A stretch of 64,000 nucleotides of DNA from Flaccisagitta enflata (Eukaryota), in the NCBI GenBank assembly GCA_965153355.1, contig OZ231126.1:21576001-21640000 (forward strand). Reading direction: 5' to 3'. Made by a program: the position numbers and the translations under genes. Below the pieces are notes generated by a model. That model was not told where the DNA came from, did no database searches, and worked only from the letters and a program-made list of their open reading frames with translations. Positions 42,901 through 55,741 of the stretch are shown in pieces (position 1 is the stretch's first letter; each line of letters opens with the position of its first letter).

Positions 42901-43065
42901 ATGACGTAAAAGAACCTAAAAAGCTTGAAATTGATGTCAAATGACAAATGTCAAATGTCAAATGATCATCACATGAATTGCAGTACTTTGCGCCTCTAGG
43001 TACTTACCTCCGTGAAGACAGGCCACAGACAAAGCCAACAACAGAAAACCAAATATCTTTTTCAT
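39932..43065 (-). CDS. Small secreted protein, paralog A (signal peptide + helical/coiled-coil segment + 6-Cys EYLDRQ domain), 3 exons, 126 aa
   Basis: Exons 43065-43008, 42359-42234 and 40128-39932, both introns phase-1 GT-AG. MKKIFGFLLLALSVACLHG EPDVKVKVGEVGLLQYLKGLYPLKSEVEALKKQIEVLKTSPH RAILSCTTKYTPCALGGGKHHKLEYLDRQRIECGENEVLRKFRFVRCDTNTARYQFDCCTIHVSV*. Homologous to paralog B exon by exon. Confidence 0.85.
41011..41410. mobile_element. MITE family B copy
   Basis: tacagtagatgtcgtctagactt...aagtctacacgacatctactgta. Confidence 0.8.
41552..42062. mobile_element. MITE family B copy
   Basis: tacagtggatcttgtctagaattg...aagtctagacaagatctacagta. Confidence 0.75.
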
Positions 43066-44698
43066 TTTGATGGCGAATCTAGATGTGAGTCTTTCGACAT
43101 CAGATTCAAATTTCGTGAAAAAGGTTTCAATGAAATTGGTAGCGTCTCTTGATTTTGATGATAAGCTCTTTTTAAGAAAAAGGATCAGTTACGAAATCAT
43201 TTTTAGTCGCATGCTTCGTTACTCCGCAACCCGCTGTGTCCATCCGTCCATCCATTGGTCGGTCAGTCGGTCGGTTGGCCCGTCACACTACTACCTTTTT
43301 TATGTTTTTTTTTACTACCTCACTGCTCCTGCACAAACGGTCTAGTGACGCCAAATATGGTCCTTGCCCAACCGCACGCGAATGGGGTAGCCGTGTATCC
43401 GGCCTTGTTGAAACGGAAAGAGTATCAATTCAGATATTGGAATATTAATGAGTATACGGAACTAAAAAGTCTGAACCAGGACCACTGGCTTATCGTCTTT
43501 CTTTTCTGGAACAGTGAAAAAGAATATGAATGTGTCCTCGAAAGACAAGTTGACTAAATTTTTAATTTTGGCAGTAATCCCCGCAAGGCTGATGACCGAA
43601 AATCCTCACGACCGTCTACTTCATCAAATACTAAAACTCACAAGCTGGGCTCCACAGCCAACTCTGAAATCTACCATTCAAGATTTATTTACCACGTCTT
43701 GGGAGGAAATTTATCTTGGCGTCTTGGCATTTGCTGTGCTCAATTTAAGTTCAACCAAAATACCTGCTTCTTTGTATAAACCCTATACGTAGAAGCGACA
43801 AAATCATTGCACGCTTATAACTATGATCAATCCTGTATCATATTGTTTAGCAACTAGACACCTAATAACACCAATTGTTGAGAGGGCAGTGCTAAAACGG
43901 TGCCTGCTTCATTTTAGGTGGTAGGTAACAGTACGAATCCCTAATATTGGACATTTTGTAAGTATTTCCTGGTATGTTAAACAAGAGTCAATAAATTTTG
44001 CTCTTTTTTAGTTGCTTCTTGTTTACTTTACCACCTCTTAACCATTAGCTTGCGACACCCAGGTATCAGTTTTTACATAACTTTGGCTTGAATTTTGAAA
44101 ATCTTCATCTTTGAAAAATCGATCAAAATTTATGGGCAAATTTGAAAAAAAACCACTAATCTTCAGCTTTTTAGTCGTGAAATCCGCATCTGAACATCTA
44201 TCTTTACATAGACTTTTAGCATGTTAAATAGGTCTTTCCGGTATTTTGCAGTGATATGCATGGGGGGTGTTTTCACTGTTTTACTGTACTTGTCTTAATA
44301 ACTGCTGGACAGACGTTACCTAGAAGAAATGGGTACCGTTGAGCTCTCAATAATTTTGTGGTTTCTTTTCCTTTAGGCTGAAGCAATATGACAAAGTATC
44401 TAGTGGTTACCAGTCACCACTAATAAGTTAAAGTCACAAAATATTATTAAAACAAATACCACAGAGATCGAAGCTTAGGACTCCTTATCATTCATATCAA
44501 ACTTCTTGAACTCATCAATGTCAAAGTGACATTTCGTTTTAGTCGCGTACTACACTATGTCTATTGGATTGTTAGTCCGTCATTTTGTCGATCTGTCTTT
44601 CCAACCCTGTTCAATACATTTGCGTTTAAGAACTTTCCGCCTCTCTCTTCAAGTCCACCAATACTTGACTAGGGTAGTCATGTAACAGGCCTTGTTCC

Positions 44699-45146
44699 TT
44701 TTTGGGCAGCGGCACCGAAGGGGACAAAGTCCTGTAGAACACATAGGATTTTCGTTCATTTATTCATCCGTTTGTTTGCTTGTTCATCCCCCCCCCCAGG
44801 CCCTCTCAGGCCTGAAATCTGCCCTCTCAGGCCTGACATCTGCCCTCTCAGGTCTGAAATATGTCCTCTCAGGCCTGAAAACTGCCCTCCTAGGCCTGAA
44901 ATCGGCCCTCTCAGGCCTGAAATCTGCCCTCTCAGGCCTGAAATCTGCCCTCACCAGCCTGAGAGGACAGACAGATGGACAAATGGACAAATGGACAAAC
45001 GGACAAACGAACAAAAGTCCCCTGTGTTCTACAGGACTTCGTCCCCTTTGGGGCCGCTGCCCTGCTTTCTCTCACTCCAATTCACAATCATGCAAAGCAG
45101 GGCAACGGGTATTGCTGACCACATATTGCCCTTGGGCGACCTGTTT
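44699..45146 (+). mobile_element. HINE-like family 2 copy with a 21-bp repeat array
   Basis: ttttgggcagcggc...(GCCCTCTCAGGCCTGAAATCT)n...ggggccgctgccc...ggcaacgggtattgctgacc. Confidence 0.65.
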
Positions 45147-45657
45147 CATTTCTTTCGGACAAAAAAAATCGTTAAAAAATGCAGACAACGGGAAGGCTCC
45201 AATAATCAATCATTCTTTTGTTTTTGAAACTTCGATTTCGATAGTCACATTCTTTTTTTCTTCTCTGAGAAATAGGAAAAAAATGACAAACAAAATGCTT
45301 GCTAGTATGATATCTTAGATGCTAGCCTCTGTAAATCAAACATATGTGTGCACAGTGCTGTCATTGGCTTGAGGATATCTGAGGATCATCATGAATAATC
45401 ATTCCTCTAGCTAGACTAAGATGTTGTCTTTGGCAGCAAGTCTGATCTAGCCTGAAGAAAGTAAAGCATCAAATACTCATTTCACTTTTTTTTTAAATTG
45501 CAGCCTAAATTCCGAATGAGAAATGCGTGCAGGAAGTGGCAACAAAAGTTCTTGAGCCGCTTAAGTTAGTAATGCTTTATTATGAAAATATCTCTTTCCA
45601 TATCAAAGGCTCCACGACGGTGTGGTGCTATAATCAGCGATAGATTGTGATGCGCAA

Positions 45658-48600
45658 TTACAAAAGAACTTTGCAACATTTGTAAATGTATCTGGCCTTG
45701 TCATCTCCACAACGGTTAAGTCTGAAGTAAGACAGGATTTTGTTGGAAGGGCAGTAGACCGACTGCCTGTCCAAGTATTCCATACCACCATGCTTTCCAC
45801 CTCCAAGGTCGCATTTTGTGTAGTGCGTCGAGCAAGACATTTTCACGCCTGTAAAATGAGAGGAAAAGAGGCCAAATACGTTGCAAATTAATTGCGTGCG
45901 AATGTGCATGGGCAATTCTATGTGTTAATTGCTGTATTTGTCTGGAATGTGTTTGTTACTTCCCTTATTAGTGTAACACTTTTGATATTTTTGAACAAAA
46001 CCCCCTTTGCATTACTTTACTTCTCAGTCAGGTGGTTCACAGCCTTCAAGTGGTCAACAACTTCGATGTATCAAAGCCATCTTTCTTCTACGAATCAAAT
46101 TATTTCAATGCAATTATCTTCTATTCATCACGGAGATAGCACATATATGCACACAGGCTGACACAGCACTGCTTTACTGGATTAAGCATTAAAAATATAT
46201 CGTAGACAAACAGACAAATTTCGACGGCTTTTGATTTCTTCCCCCCCCCCCTCCTCCCCCCCCCCCCCCCGCCGTTGATTCTCGTCCCAGCGTCGCGTCA
46301 CGTTGCAAAATCTTGATTTTCTTTCCCATAAAGCAATAAAGAAGCTAGTGTTGAATTGTGTTGTTCTTATTGGGTTTTATCATTTGGTACTGCCAAAATT
46401 GAAATTTTCCTTAAATTTTAGCCCTTGAAATAAAATTTCTAGTCACGAGAAACAGTTCTGATTTTGCTCTAATTTCGAATTCAACTACCTGTAAGATAAC
46501 ATCGGCATTGCCAAACGCTGACCTCTACAGTTTCGGAGGTGGCACCAATGGATAGAGCTTGAAATTCTGCTTTGGATCTCAACGGAATAATAATTGATTA
46601 AAGCAACCCCGATTTTTAGTATTGAATTAACTGACATGATGTTTGATATAATTTTCTGTTCTTACATTTGGAGTTAGAGTCCGGGGACATAAAGGTCAAC
46701 CTAAGCACAGACAATTACATTTCTTTTTAATCTTAAGCATTTCATGTATATTATGGTCATGTTTGTTTGCATCGATGTCACCCAAATAGTTAGGAAGATA
46801 TTTCACTTTTCCTTCTAGATCTACTTCTTTACTCGGATGAAGATGTATGTAAGGGTGATTTTTATTGTGCAATTTTCCTTGTCATCATTGCTGTTTCACT
46901 ATGCTGTAGTGAGTTAGGCATTAGCATTTACTCTTACCAAAACAATTTTTCTATGGAGCTAAATTGCCTGTTACAGCCTGTTGCATGCAGTCGGATCCAC
47001 CATTGGTATAGTGATGAACTGTCTGCGCATCTGTGTATCCGTCCGTCTATTTATTTGTTGGTTTTAGTCAGCCTGTCTTTCCTCCCTGAGGCGCAATGAT
47101 ACATTGCAAGGTTAACTCTGACTTAGAAAAAATGTCAGTGGAGATGAGTTTTAGAATGAAGTCGTAGAATAAGTGTTACTTTTTTTTCCCCATTTTTATA
47201 AAAAAAAAGTTTGTAAAACACCAAAACGAGTAATGCTAAAGACTTATGATTTCCACAGTTTGATTCAGCGTCCTCACTTTAATCAAACTGCCAAAAATCT
47301 TTTTCGAGCGAGCTTTTTAACCCCCTCTGATATCGCCGCCTATAAATTTTCTTTTTTGCTATTTTTCCCCCCTTCCTTCCCCTTCCCCATTATCAAAACC
47401 CAGCCGCGTTATAAAGGGGAATAAGGTGTTTGGGTGGTGATTGGTGGTTTTAATCGGTTAGTGCTGCTGGGTAGTAATATCAGCCCAGTGTGAGCCGGGG
47501 AGGGGGAATATGCAAGAATATACACTCTCAGTCTAGCATATACCTAAATGACTAAAACCAATAAAACGGGCATTCTACGAGCAGATCATGTTGTGGGGCT
47601 GTCTCAGGCTTCTATTGAAATCAATTTTGGGTTTGAAATTCTGCTTTAAGGTTTCCGCACCTTACCCTCTGTAAACCCTACCTCTATAGGAAATCCAAAA
47701 TTTCAAAGCACTAAAACCCCAATTTTGACAGAAGATATGGAATCTGCAGAAAAAAACTGGCAATTGAGAGTGTTTTCCTTTTTTCGATATTCCAATCAGA
47801 AGGTTGTTAAAAGTGGTGTCAAAGTTCATGAAACATACCTTTCCTATCGATTTCTTCGTAACCTTTTTCTTAAATCTTTAGCGTGGATTTTGATAATGAT
47901 CCCGAATGAATTTTGCAAAAAGAAAAGCACTTTCAACAGACAGTTTTTCATGCAGATTTCAAATCTGCAGTAAAAACTTTAATTTGAGCAACTTGAAAAT
48001 TTCGGTTTTCTATAGACCCTAGAGAAGTTCAAGGTAAGGCGCGGCAACCAAGATGTAAACTTTTAAAGCCAAAAATGGTGGCAATAGAAGCCCAAGACTG
48101 CTCGTAGAATCATGATTTTTTTTTGTTTTAGTCATTTCGGTACAAGCTAACTCTTACCCATGCCCTTAGCCACAACTCAAGAACGATAAAGGTTCAAGAT
48201 CTGGATTTACTATAGTCATGAGAAAATAAAATTCTTCATTTGGGTATTACACATATGTATTTGCAGAAAGAAATCCAAAGAATATTTCGATAAGCTGAAT
48301 GATGGTAAGCCAAAGCTTATCGAAATATTCTTTGGATTTCTTTCTGCAAATACATATGTGTAATACCCAAATGAAGAATTTTATTTTCTCATCTAACTCA
48401 CCATATGTGCAATGACTTTAAAGCAATTACTATAGTCATGTCCATGTCAATGAACATGGCGTCTTATGCACTAATGATTAGGCGTCTTACAGACGACTTT
48501 ACCCCATTGACGCTTTTGCTCTGGCGCACCTGTGTAGTATCATGACATAGAGTATTGGACTAACCTAAGCCTTTATTAAAGACTTGGTTGATTCCAGATT

Positions 48601-48862
48601 CTACCCAGACAACTCCCACCATGCCTTTGCCTTTGGCATCTGCGACCCCCACACGCTCACCCATCGACTTGAGCTTGTTGACGCTGTAAGAGGCCGATTG
48701 CCCGATCCGAGCCATGGCTTTGGCATTCTGCGCTTTGAACGAGTCGAAAGCACTCTTCAGGGAAGCGAAGTCATGCTTCGATGGGTAAACCTCGTTCAGG
48801 TACTCGAGCAATCCCTCCTTTCCAACCTCAACTTCAGCGTGAGGTGCCGGATGTTTGTCTGT

Positions 48863-48919
<57 letters not shown>

Positions 48920-49850
48920 AGAAGAGAAGAGACAAACTTGTACATATGCAGAGAGTTAAGGGGTTGTCGCATTGGGAAAATTACCGAGATATCACAAAGG
49001 GAATATCTCGATGATATCTAGATAATACGCCCAATGCGAAAACCCCTTTATAGGGCAAACAAAATTTCAACACGGGTAAGGCCGGGTTATTCAGCATCCA
49101 AATGAACCAAATAAAAGTTCTTTCGAGGGGCTTTACATTGTGGTATGTGCAACAATTCATCCTATATAAATCTCATACAATCATTGTAAATTACAACGGT
49201 CTGGAATTTTGATTGCTTCTGCTGAGTTTCTATAGCGTCTCGTTTTTTATCATTTCATACAATCATTGTAAATAACAACGGTCTGGAATTTTGAATGCTT
49301 CTGCTGAGTTTCTATAGCGTCTCGTTTTTGGGCAGCGGCCCCGAAGGGGCCGATGACCTATGCTTTCACACAGGAGAAATTTCTCCTTCTCCTCCCTGTA
49401 CCCCCTCCCCCCGCTTTCAGCCTTGAGACCCAAATCCCAGCCTCAAGGCCCAAATCCTAGCCTCAAGGCCCAAATCCCAGCCTTGAGGCTCAAATTCCAA
49501 CCTTGAGGCTCAAATCTCAGTCTCGAGGCTCAAATCTCAGCCACAAGGCTCAAATCCCTGCCTCTATGCTCAAATCTTGGCTTCAAGGCCCCAATTCCAG
49601 CCTCCAGGCTCAAATAAAAACAGCATAGGTCATCGGCTCCTTCCGGGCCGCTGCCCCTCTCACCATCTCACACCCTCATACACTCACTTAGGGGCAACGG
49701 GTACCGCTGACCATCTAACGCTTTTGCGACTATTTATCATTTTTTCCCCTTATTTCTGGTACACGTGATAAGAACTGTCTACAATGCCTTACCGTCACCC
49801 AGGCAAAGACCCAAGGAGGCCACGAACAGGAAGAGACCAAGTCGGTTCAT
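45658..49850 (-). CDS. Small secreted protein, paralog B (same architecture), 3 exons, 148 aa
   Basis: Exons 49850-49793, 48858-48661 and 45848-45658, with phase-1 introns. MNRLGLFLFVASLGLCLGD DKHPAPHAEVEVGKEGLLEYLNEVYPSKHDFASLKSAFDSFKAQNAKAMARIGQSASYSVNKLKSM GVKMSCSTHYTKCDLGGGKHGGMEYLDRQSVYCPSNKILSYFRLNRCGDDKARYIYKCCKVLL*. The first coding exon is 58 nt, as in paralog A. Minus-strand AATAAA at 45581-45576. Confidence 0.85.
47530..48153. mobile_element. Palindromic MITE-like element in intron 2 of paralog B
   Basis: aaatgactaaaac...attctacgagcag and ctgctcgtagaat...gttttagtcattt inverted arms. Confidence 0.55.
48218..48392. repeat. Perfect 79-bp inverted duplication with a 17-bp spacer
   Basis: 48218-48296 is the exact reverse complement of 48314-48392. 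Confidence 0.9.
49172..49329. repeat. Tandem duplication of an ~82-bp unit
   Basis: tcatacaatcattgtaaa...ctatagcgtctcgttttt occurs twice. Confidence 0.85.
49325..49735 (+). mobile_element. HINE-like family 2 copy in intron 1 of paralog B
   Basis: Same termini as 10721-11614, with a 19-bp (CCCAGCCTCAAGGCCCAAA)-like array; inserted into a T-run. Confidence 0.7.
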
Positions 49851-50040
49851 TTTGAGGTAGAAGAAATTGTCACCCAGCAAAGAGAAAGATCAAGTACTGG
49901 CACTGAATGTTTCCCGGCACGCTAGCTCTTTAAGTACTAAATGGTTCGGCTTGCGCTTACGTAAACGGCTACCGTTCCATTCTAAGATTTCTTTTTTAGG
50001 CTGTTTAAACTTTCGTATTTTGATACTTTTAGTATTTTGA

Positions 50041-50659
50041 TACAGCACCTTCCGAGCAAACCTGGCTAAAACTGGAGGATTAATTATTGTAACCTTAATT
50101 TTATTTCCTTATCTTTATTTTTTGTATCTAACCTAATTAAGGGATACTTAATTCCTTAAACATATTTGAGTGTTAAAAAAATTAACTCTTGAAATCAAAG
50201 TCTATGAACATATCATTTTGAAGTGTTTTAAGCCAGACCTTTAGATTTGGCAGAAAATTTTACCCTTCTTAGACAACAAAAACAGTTCAATCAGACAATT
50301 TTTACAGGTTTTGCAGCTATATTAAGTTTTTAAGCACAATTGTCTCAAAATGATTTAGGACAATTGTCCTTAAAAACTTTAAATAACCATAAAATCTGAA
50401 ATAATTATCTGATTGAGCTGTTCTTGTAGTTTAGGGTAGGTAAAATTTTCTGCTGAATCCAATAGTCTGGGTTAAAACACTGGGTTAAAACACTCCATAT
50501 TGATGTCTTCATGCACTTTGATTTAACAAGTTATTTTTTTTGACAGAATTAAGTATCTTTTAATTAAGTTAGCTACAAAAAATGAAGATTGGGAAATTAA
50601 ATTAGAGTAACAAAAATTAATCCTCAAGTTTTAGCCGGGTTTGCCCGGAAGGTACAGTA
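50041..50659. mobile_element. Near fully palindromic TA-flanked MITE
   Basis: tacagcaccttccgagcaaacctggctaaaact...agttttagccgggtttgcccggaaggtacagta. Confidence 0.75.
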
Positions 50660-51398
50660 CTTTTTTTTTGAGCAACCCTACCAATTCAACGGCTGTGGCA
50701 TTTTCGTTATTGTCTTACGGCAAGATCCATGTAAATTCAAAAGTTCTTTGGCGTTTGTCTGTACCAATAAAGGCGGCTAATCACCATAGGAAAATTCTGA
50801 GAGAAAGAGAAAGAGAGACAAGCAGACAGACAGACAAAGAAAGAAAGAAAGAAAGAAAGAAAGAAAAAAAGAAAAAAAGAAAAAGAGAGAGAGAGAAAGA
50901 GAGATACAAGCTGGTCATCATCAAAAACCATGAGCAAGCTAGGTAAAATGTGAGTGACTTGAAAGATAGCGTCATGAAAGGAGTCAATGTGCGTAACATG
51001 ATGGCTTTTCTTTTTTTGTTACATAGAGTGTACAAAATTAGGATCAATGAAAAATATTGATCATCGCAAAAGATGAGAAAGATGTGAAAAAATAAAAAAA
51101 AGATTAAAAAAAAATCATAGCTCCAGAACTATTGATCGCAGAGAATTCTGCTTGGCGCCATTTGAAAGAGGAAAATTAGCTCTTCCTTAGCTATTGATTT
51201 CATGTTTAGTCTCATTTGGCTCCCAAAACTTACCAACATCCTCAAACGCCCTATGAGAAAAAGGGAAAATCATTTTTCTTTGCGGAACTCAAAAAGTCTT
51301 CGAATCTGTGGATCTTCGACTTTTTTCCAAATGATCGGGCTCAGTTGATTTTTGTAATGGTTCTTGTCATGTTGTGTTGTGTTGTGTTGTGAGGTTTC

Positions 51399-51457
<59 letters not shown>

Positions 51458-51796
51458 CGCTTGTTATTGCGAGCGTGTGCAATAGGCAATGACATGTAAT
51501 TAGGATATAGGACTGAAAAAGAATGTCACCGTTCAAACCTTGTTACTCCGTTTGACGCACGACCAGGTTCTCCAGGCTTAGCCTTGTTCATTGCAAAGAA
51601 TTCTTCTAAAAACAAAGATCTGAGGATTCGAATTCAGGACGAATGTCTCGCATTTCAATGATTTGCAAAGTTGGTAACGCGACAAAATCAACCCTAATCA
51701 AACATTAATTCGATAGAATCTGAAACTCAAGACGTGGTTGCTTGAAACTTGATGGCACTGGTGGTGTTGCTCCCCTTTTCTGTCAGACTGAATCAC

Positions 51797-51877
<81 letters not shown>

Positions 51878-52200
51878 GCAAATGTTAAAAAAAACCTATA
51901 CGGGGTGAACGATCTCAAATACAGAAAAGTATTGAGCTTATTTTTCAAATAGAAATAAAAAAAAATTTTGATCCCTTACTAAATAGTGCAGCATATGAGG
52001 AATAAGATTTTACTTTCCTCCACTTGAGGTTGATCACCCTGTAGTATGCAATACAGTATGAAATAGAATACATTAATGAATATACGCAGTATGAAATATA
52101 GATCGTATATTTCATCGTCATGAAAAGAATTTAACATTAATATCTTGATTAAATGTAAACTGTTTCAACGCTTTTGTCAATATTTTGGTACACCATTCCC

Positions 52201-53218
52201 TTTTTGTCCTCGACGATCAGTTTACGTCGAGGACTATAACATAGCCTTGATCGTATAGTGAGTCGTTTGTTGTTTGTTTGTTGTTTGTCTCAACCCTTAA
52301 AAACTTAAGAACCACAACTCAGATGTTGATGAAACTCGGTCAGTGTTATTTTGAGGGCATTACTAACCTGTGTACCAACTTTCAACAACAACAACAATAA
52401 ATATTTAATACCCTTTGCCTATTATATTTGTAGTAATATTAATTCTTGGACTTGTGCAATTTACATAGGGGAAGGGTAGTAAAGGTTCACCAATGTTGTT
52501 CAAACTTGTTGTGAAGGTTTATTGCATCAATTAAAGCTCCCCTGCAAGATTTCAGATAATTCTGAGTATTGGTTTAGAAGATATTAGGGTATTTTGCTAG
52601 TAATATTGATTCCTGGACTTGGGCAATTTACATAGGGGAAGGGTAGTAAAGATTTCAGTAAATTCTGAGTATTGGTTAAGAAAATATAAGGGTATTTATG
52701 ATGTTTCTAGTAACATTATTTCCTGGACTTAAGATTTTTTTTTTGATTTTTTTCTTTTTGAAATTTTTTTTTTTTGAAAATTTTTTTTTTTTTGAAAATT
52801 TTTATTTTTTTTGAAAATTTTTTTTATGTATCTTTTTTATTGTTGGATTATAAGGTATGCTTTCATGGACTTCAAGGAATGCCATCATGGACTTCAAGGT
52901 ATGCCAGCATAGGCTGCAAGGTATGCCACCATGGACTTCAAGGTATGCAATCGGTAGCTGGGTCAGACTGAGTAGCCGGGTCAGACTGAGTAGCTGGGTC
53001 AGACTGAGTAGCCGGGTCAGACTGAGTAGGCGGGTCAGACTGAGTAGCCGGGTCAGACTGAGTAGGCGGGTCAGACTGAGTAGCCGGGTCAGACTGAGTA
53101 GCCGGGTCAGACTGAGTAGCCAGGTCAGACTGAGTAGCCGGGTCAGACTGAGTAGCCGGGTCAGACTGAGTAGCCGGGTCGGACACCAAATAGACTACAG
53201 TCAAGGACTGTTGGTTTT
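52201..53218 (+). mobile_element. HINE-like family 3 carrying an 18-bp tandem array
   Basis: 5' ttttGTCCTCGACG...CGTCGAGGAC hairpin, (TTTG) microsatellite, 3' ACAGTC-AAG-GACTGT hairpin then GGTTTT. Confidence 0.55.
52954..53180. repeat. 18-bp minisatellite (GAGTAGCCGGGTCAGACT)n, ~12.5 copies
   Basis: Direct inspection. Confidence 0.95.
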
Positions 53219-53822
53219 AAGCTTTTTGTGCTTGTTTTTATCTCATTTCATAGAGATAACTTGTAATTAACAATATTATCATATACTAATTGGATTTCAA
53301 ACGAAATTGCACACTAGAAAAAAGTGCGCGTGGTCTTCACCCGGTCTTGAAAACCAAGGGGGACCTGGCGATTTTGGAAGCACAAATACCCCTTTTGTTA
53401 CCCTCTAATGAATGACGCTGATACATGAATATAATTTGTTTTAAACATTCAAGGCTAATCTCATTCTGGTTATGTCAGCATGTTTAAGCAACTAAACGCT
53501 AGTCATTTGTTTCCAAGCAAACATACCACGTGGCAAAAATCGTCATAAAGAAAAAAAAAAAGACAATGGAACAATTATCCTCATGCGTGGTACCCTTTTC
53601 AGTCGCGTGTTACGCGACTCCATAGCTCAGGTCTTTTTTTTGTAGATTTGTCGGTCTGTCTGTCAGGTCTGTGAAACATGTCTATTTTTCTGCATCTTTG
53701 TATGTCTAAGAAGCTCAACAGGCCAACAGTCATCTGCTCCTTCCTTCTTCCCTCCCTACTTTCCTTCCTTCTCCTTGCTCCCTCCCTTCCTTTCTCCCTT
53801 TGTTCCATTTAGACCTTCCTAC

Positions 53823-55741
53823 CAGAGGTGTCACTAACCTATCAACTGGTTGATTAATCGGGTCGATTTTTAGCGTTTCAGAATAATCTTCCTGAGTCAC
53901 CAAAACTCAAATGTACCGGGTCAATTTTTTGTCTTTTTCTCTGGCTAGCGTAGATTCGCTCTGACGATGAGACTGATTTAAATTTGCGTTAGAAGTAAGC
54001 ATTAAGCTCGTAAAATAGAATTCTTGTAATATGGAATATTAATAAAGGGCAAAATTGTTCATAAAATGCATTGCATAAGTATACATAGATGTCAGAGAGG
54101 GATTTTGATGGATATAAGTGAAGAGAATCATGATAGTATCGTTATGTTTTGATATTCCTTTGTACATTTGATTGGCAATGTTTTCCCATTGTGTCTACTG
54201 ATTAATTGATGATTCTCTGCCCAAATGAGTATCAATTTGCAAATGCTCTGAAACTGTCTCTCTTTCTGTGTAGACAGATTCGGGGGCTCTGATGCGTGTG
54301 CTATTCAATCCGGGCCGCCTACTTAAACACAGTTGAACCTTGCTCTAACGGAGCTGCCACCAACGGAATTCCGCCTTTAACAGATGCAAATTTATGGTCC
54401 TTTCAAGTTAATTTCCTTTATTTTCTTTATTGGCAATAATAGAAATCCGCCTATAACAGAAGAAAATTTTTTGTCCCCTGAAATCCGTTAGAGCGGGGCT
54501 CAACTGTACTAACATCATTTCATCCATATCCCAGATAGTCAGCCAAATGACCTTAAGGAATAGCATAACAAGAGTTCATGCAAAGTCATAGGAAAGTTCT
54601 CTATCAAAGGAATATGACTCAAAATCATGTACACAGATAACCCAAAACAAAAATTTGGTCCTGGGACCTCTAGAAAATACCGCCGCCACCCCCCTCATAT
54701 CTCATAGAAAATGTACAGGAAAATTTTTTTGCCTATATTCTATTATGGGAAAGGGGGTAGGTGGCGGCGCCAATTTATAGGGGTTCCAGGGCTAAATTGT
54801 TTTCATGGACCACCTGTAAACATGATTTTGGGCCATATCCCTCCGATAGAGAACTTTTCTATGACATCGCATTTTTTGTTGTTAGGCTATTAAGGAATGA
54901 ATACATTGATGGAACTTTTGAAAGACTGCATATGCGCTTGAACACTAGGCTGGGCACATTTTGGGCTTTTAAAAAAAAGATTGTCTCCAAGCAATTTTCA
55001 TGTACCATTTGCATAATTAAAGGCTTGTCTACTTACAAAATCAATTTGGACTTGATCTAGTGAGAGCGTCATCAATGCTGTAGTTATATAGAATTGATTG
55101 ATGTGGTTGACTGAGAAATTTCTTCCATAGTAATTCTATACAACTACACCATTGATGACATTCTGACAAGATCAAAGGCAAATTGATTTTGCAAGTAGAT
55201 AGGCCTCTAATTATGCAGATGGAACATGAATATTGCTCGGAGACAATTTTTTTTTCATAGGCCCATTTTGAATCCAGCCTATTGAACACAGAGTAGAAAA
55301 GTATTCTCCGGCTAATTGGGGATTTGATGGGAAATCTTGCAAAATACATGTAAATTAATTTATTGGCCCTTTTTTCTTTTTAGTTGCGGACACGCAACTC
55401 TATCAGAGGCTTTGTCCGCCCATCCATTGGTTGGTTGGTTGGTCCGTCACGCTTGAGTTGAAAAGTGGGAAAACACGCATTTCCGCCCCTGCCCACCCGT
55501 CCCCAACTGCTGACCGTGTATCCAGCCTTGTTTCATTTTATTACATGACTACAAAGTGGATAACTTATTTTGTAATATAGAATGGCTTCTGAAACATGTT
55601 GTTGTGACTGTAAATGATAGTTATCTTTTCTTGGTAAAAGGGCTTACTGTCAAAACAATCGACCTATGGTCGATTATTGGTCGATTTTTTGGGGGGGTCA
55701 ACCCGGTCGATTTTTAAAATCAGTACTTTGTGACACCTCTG
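53823..55741. mobile_element. Non-autonomous hAT-type DNA transposon with nested MITEs and a HINE
   Basis: TIRs CAGAGGTGTCAC...GTGACACCTCTG flanked by a perfect 8-bp TSD, CTTCCTAC (53815-53822 and 55742-55749). Subterminal GGTCGATTTTT motifs. No transposase ORF. Confidence 0.85.
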
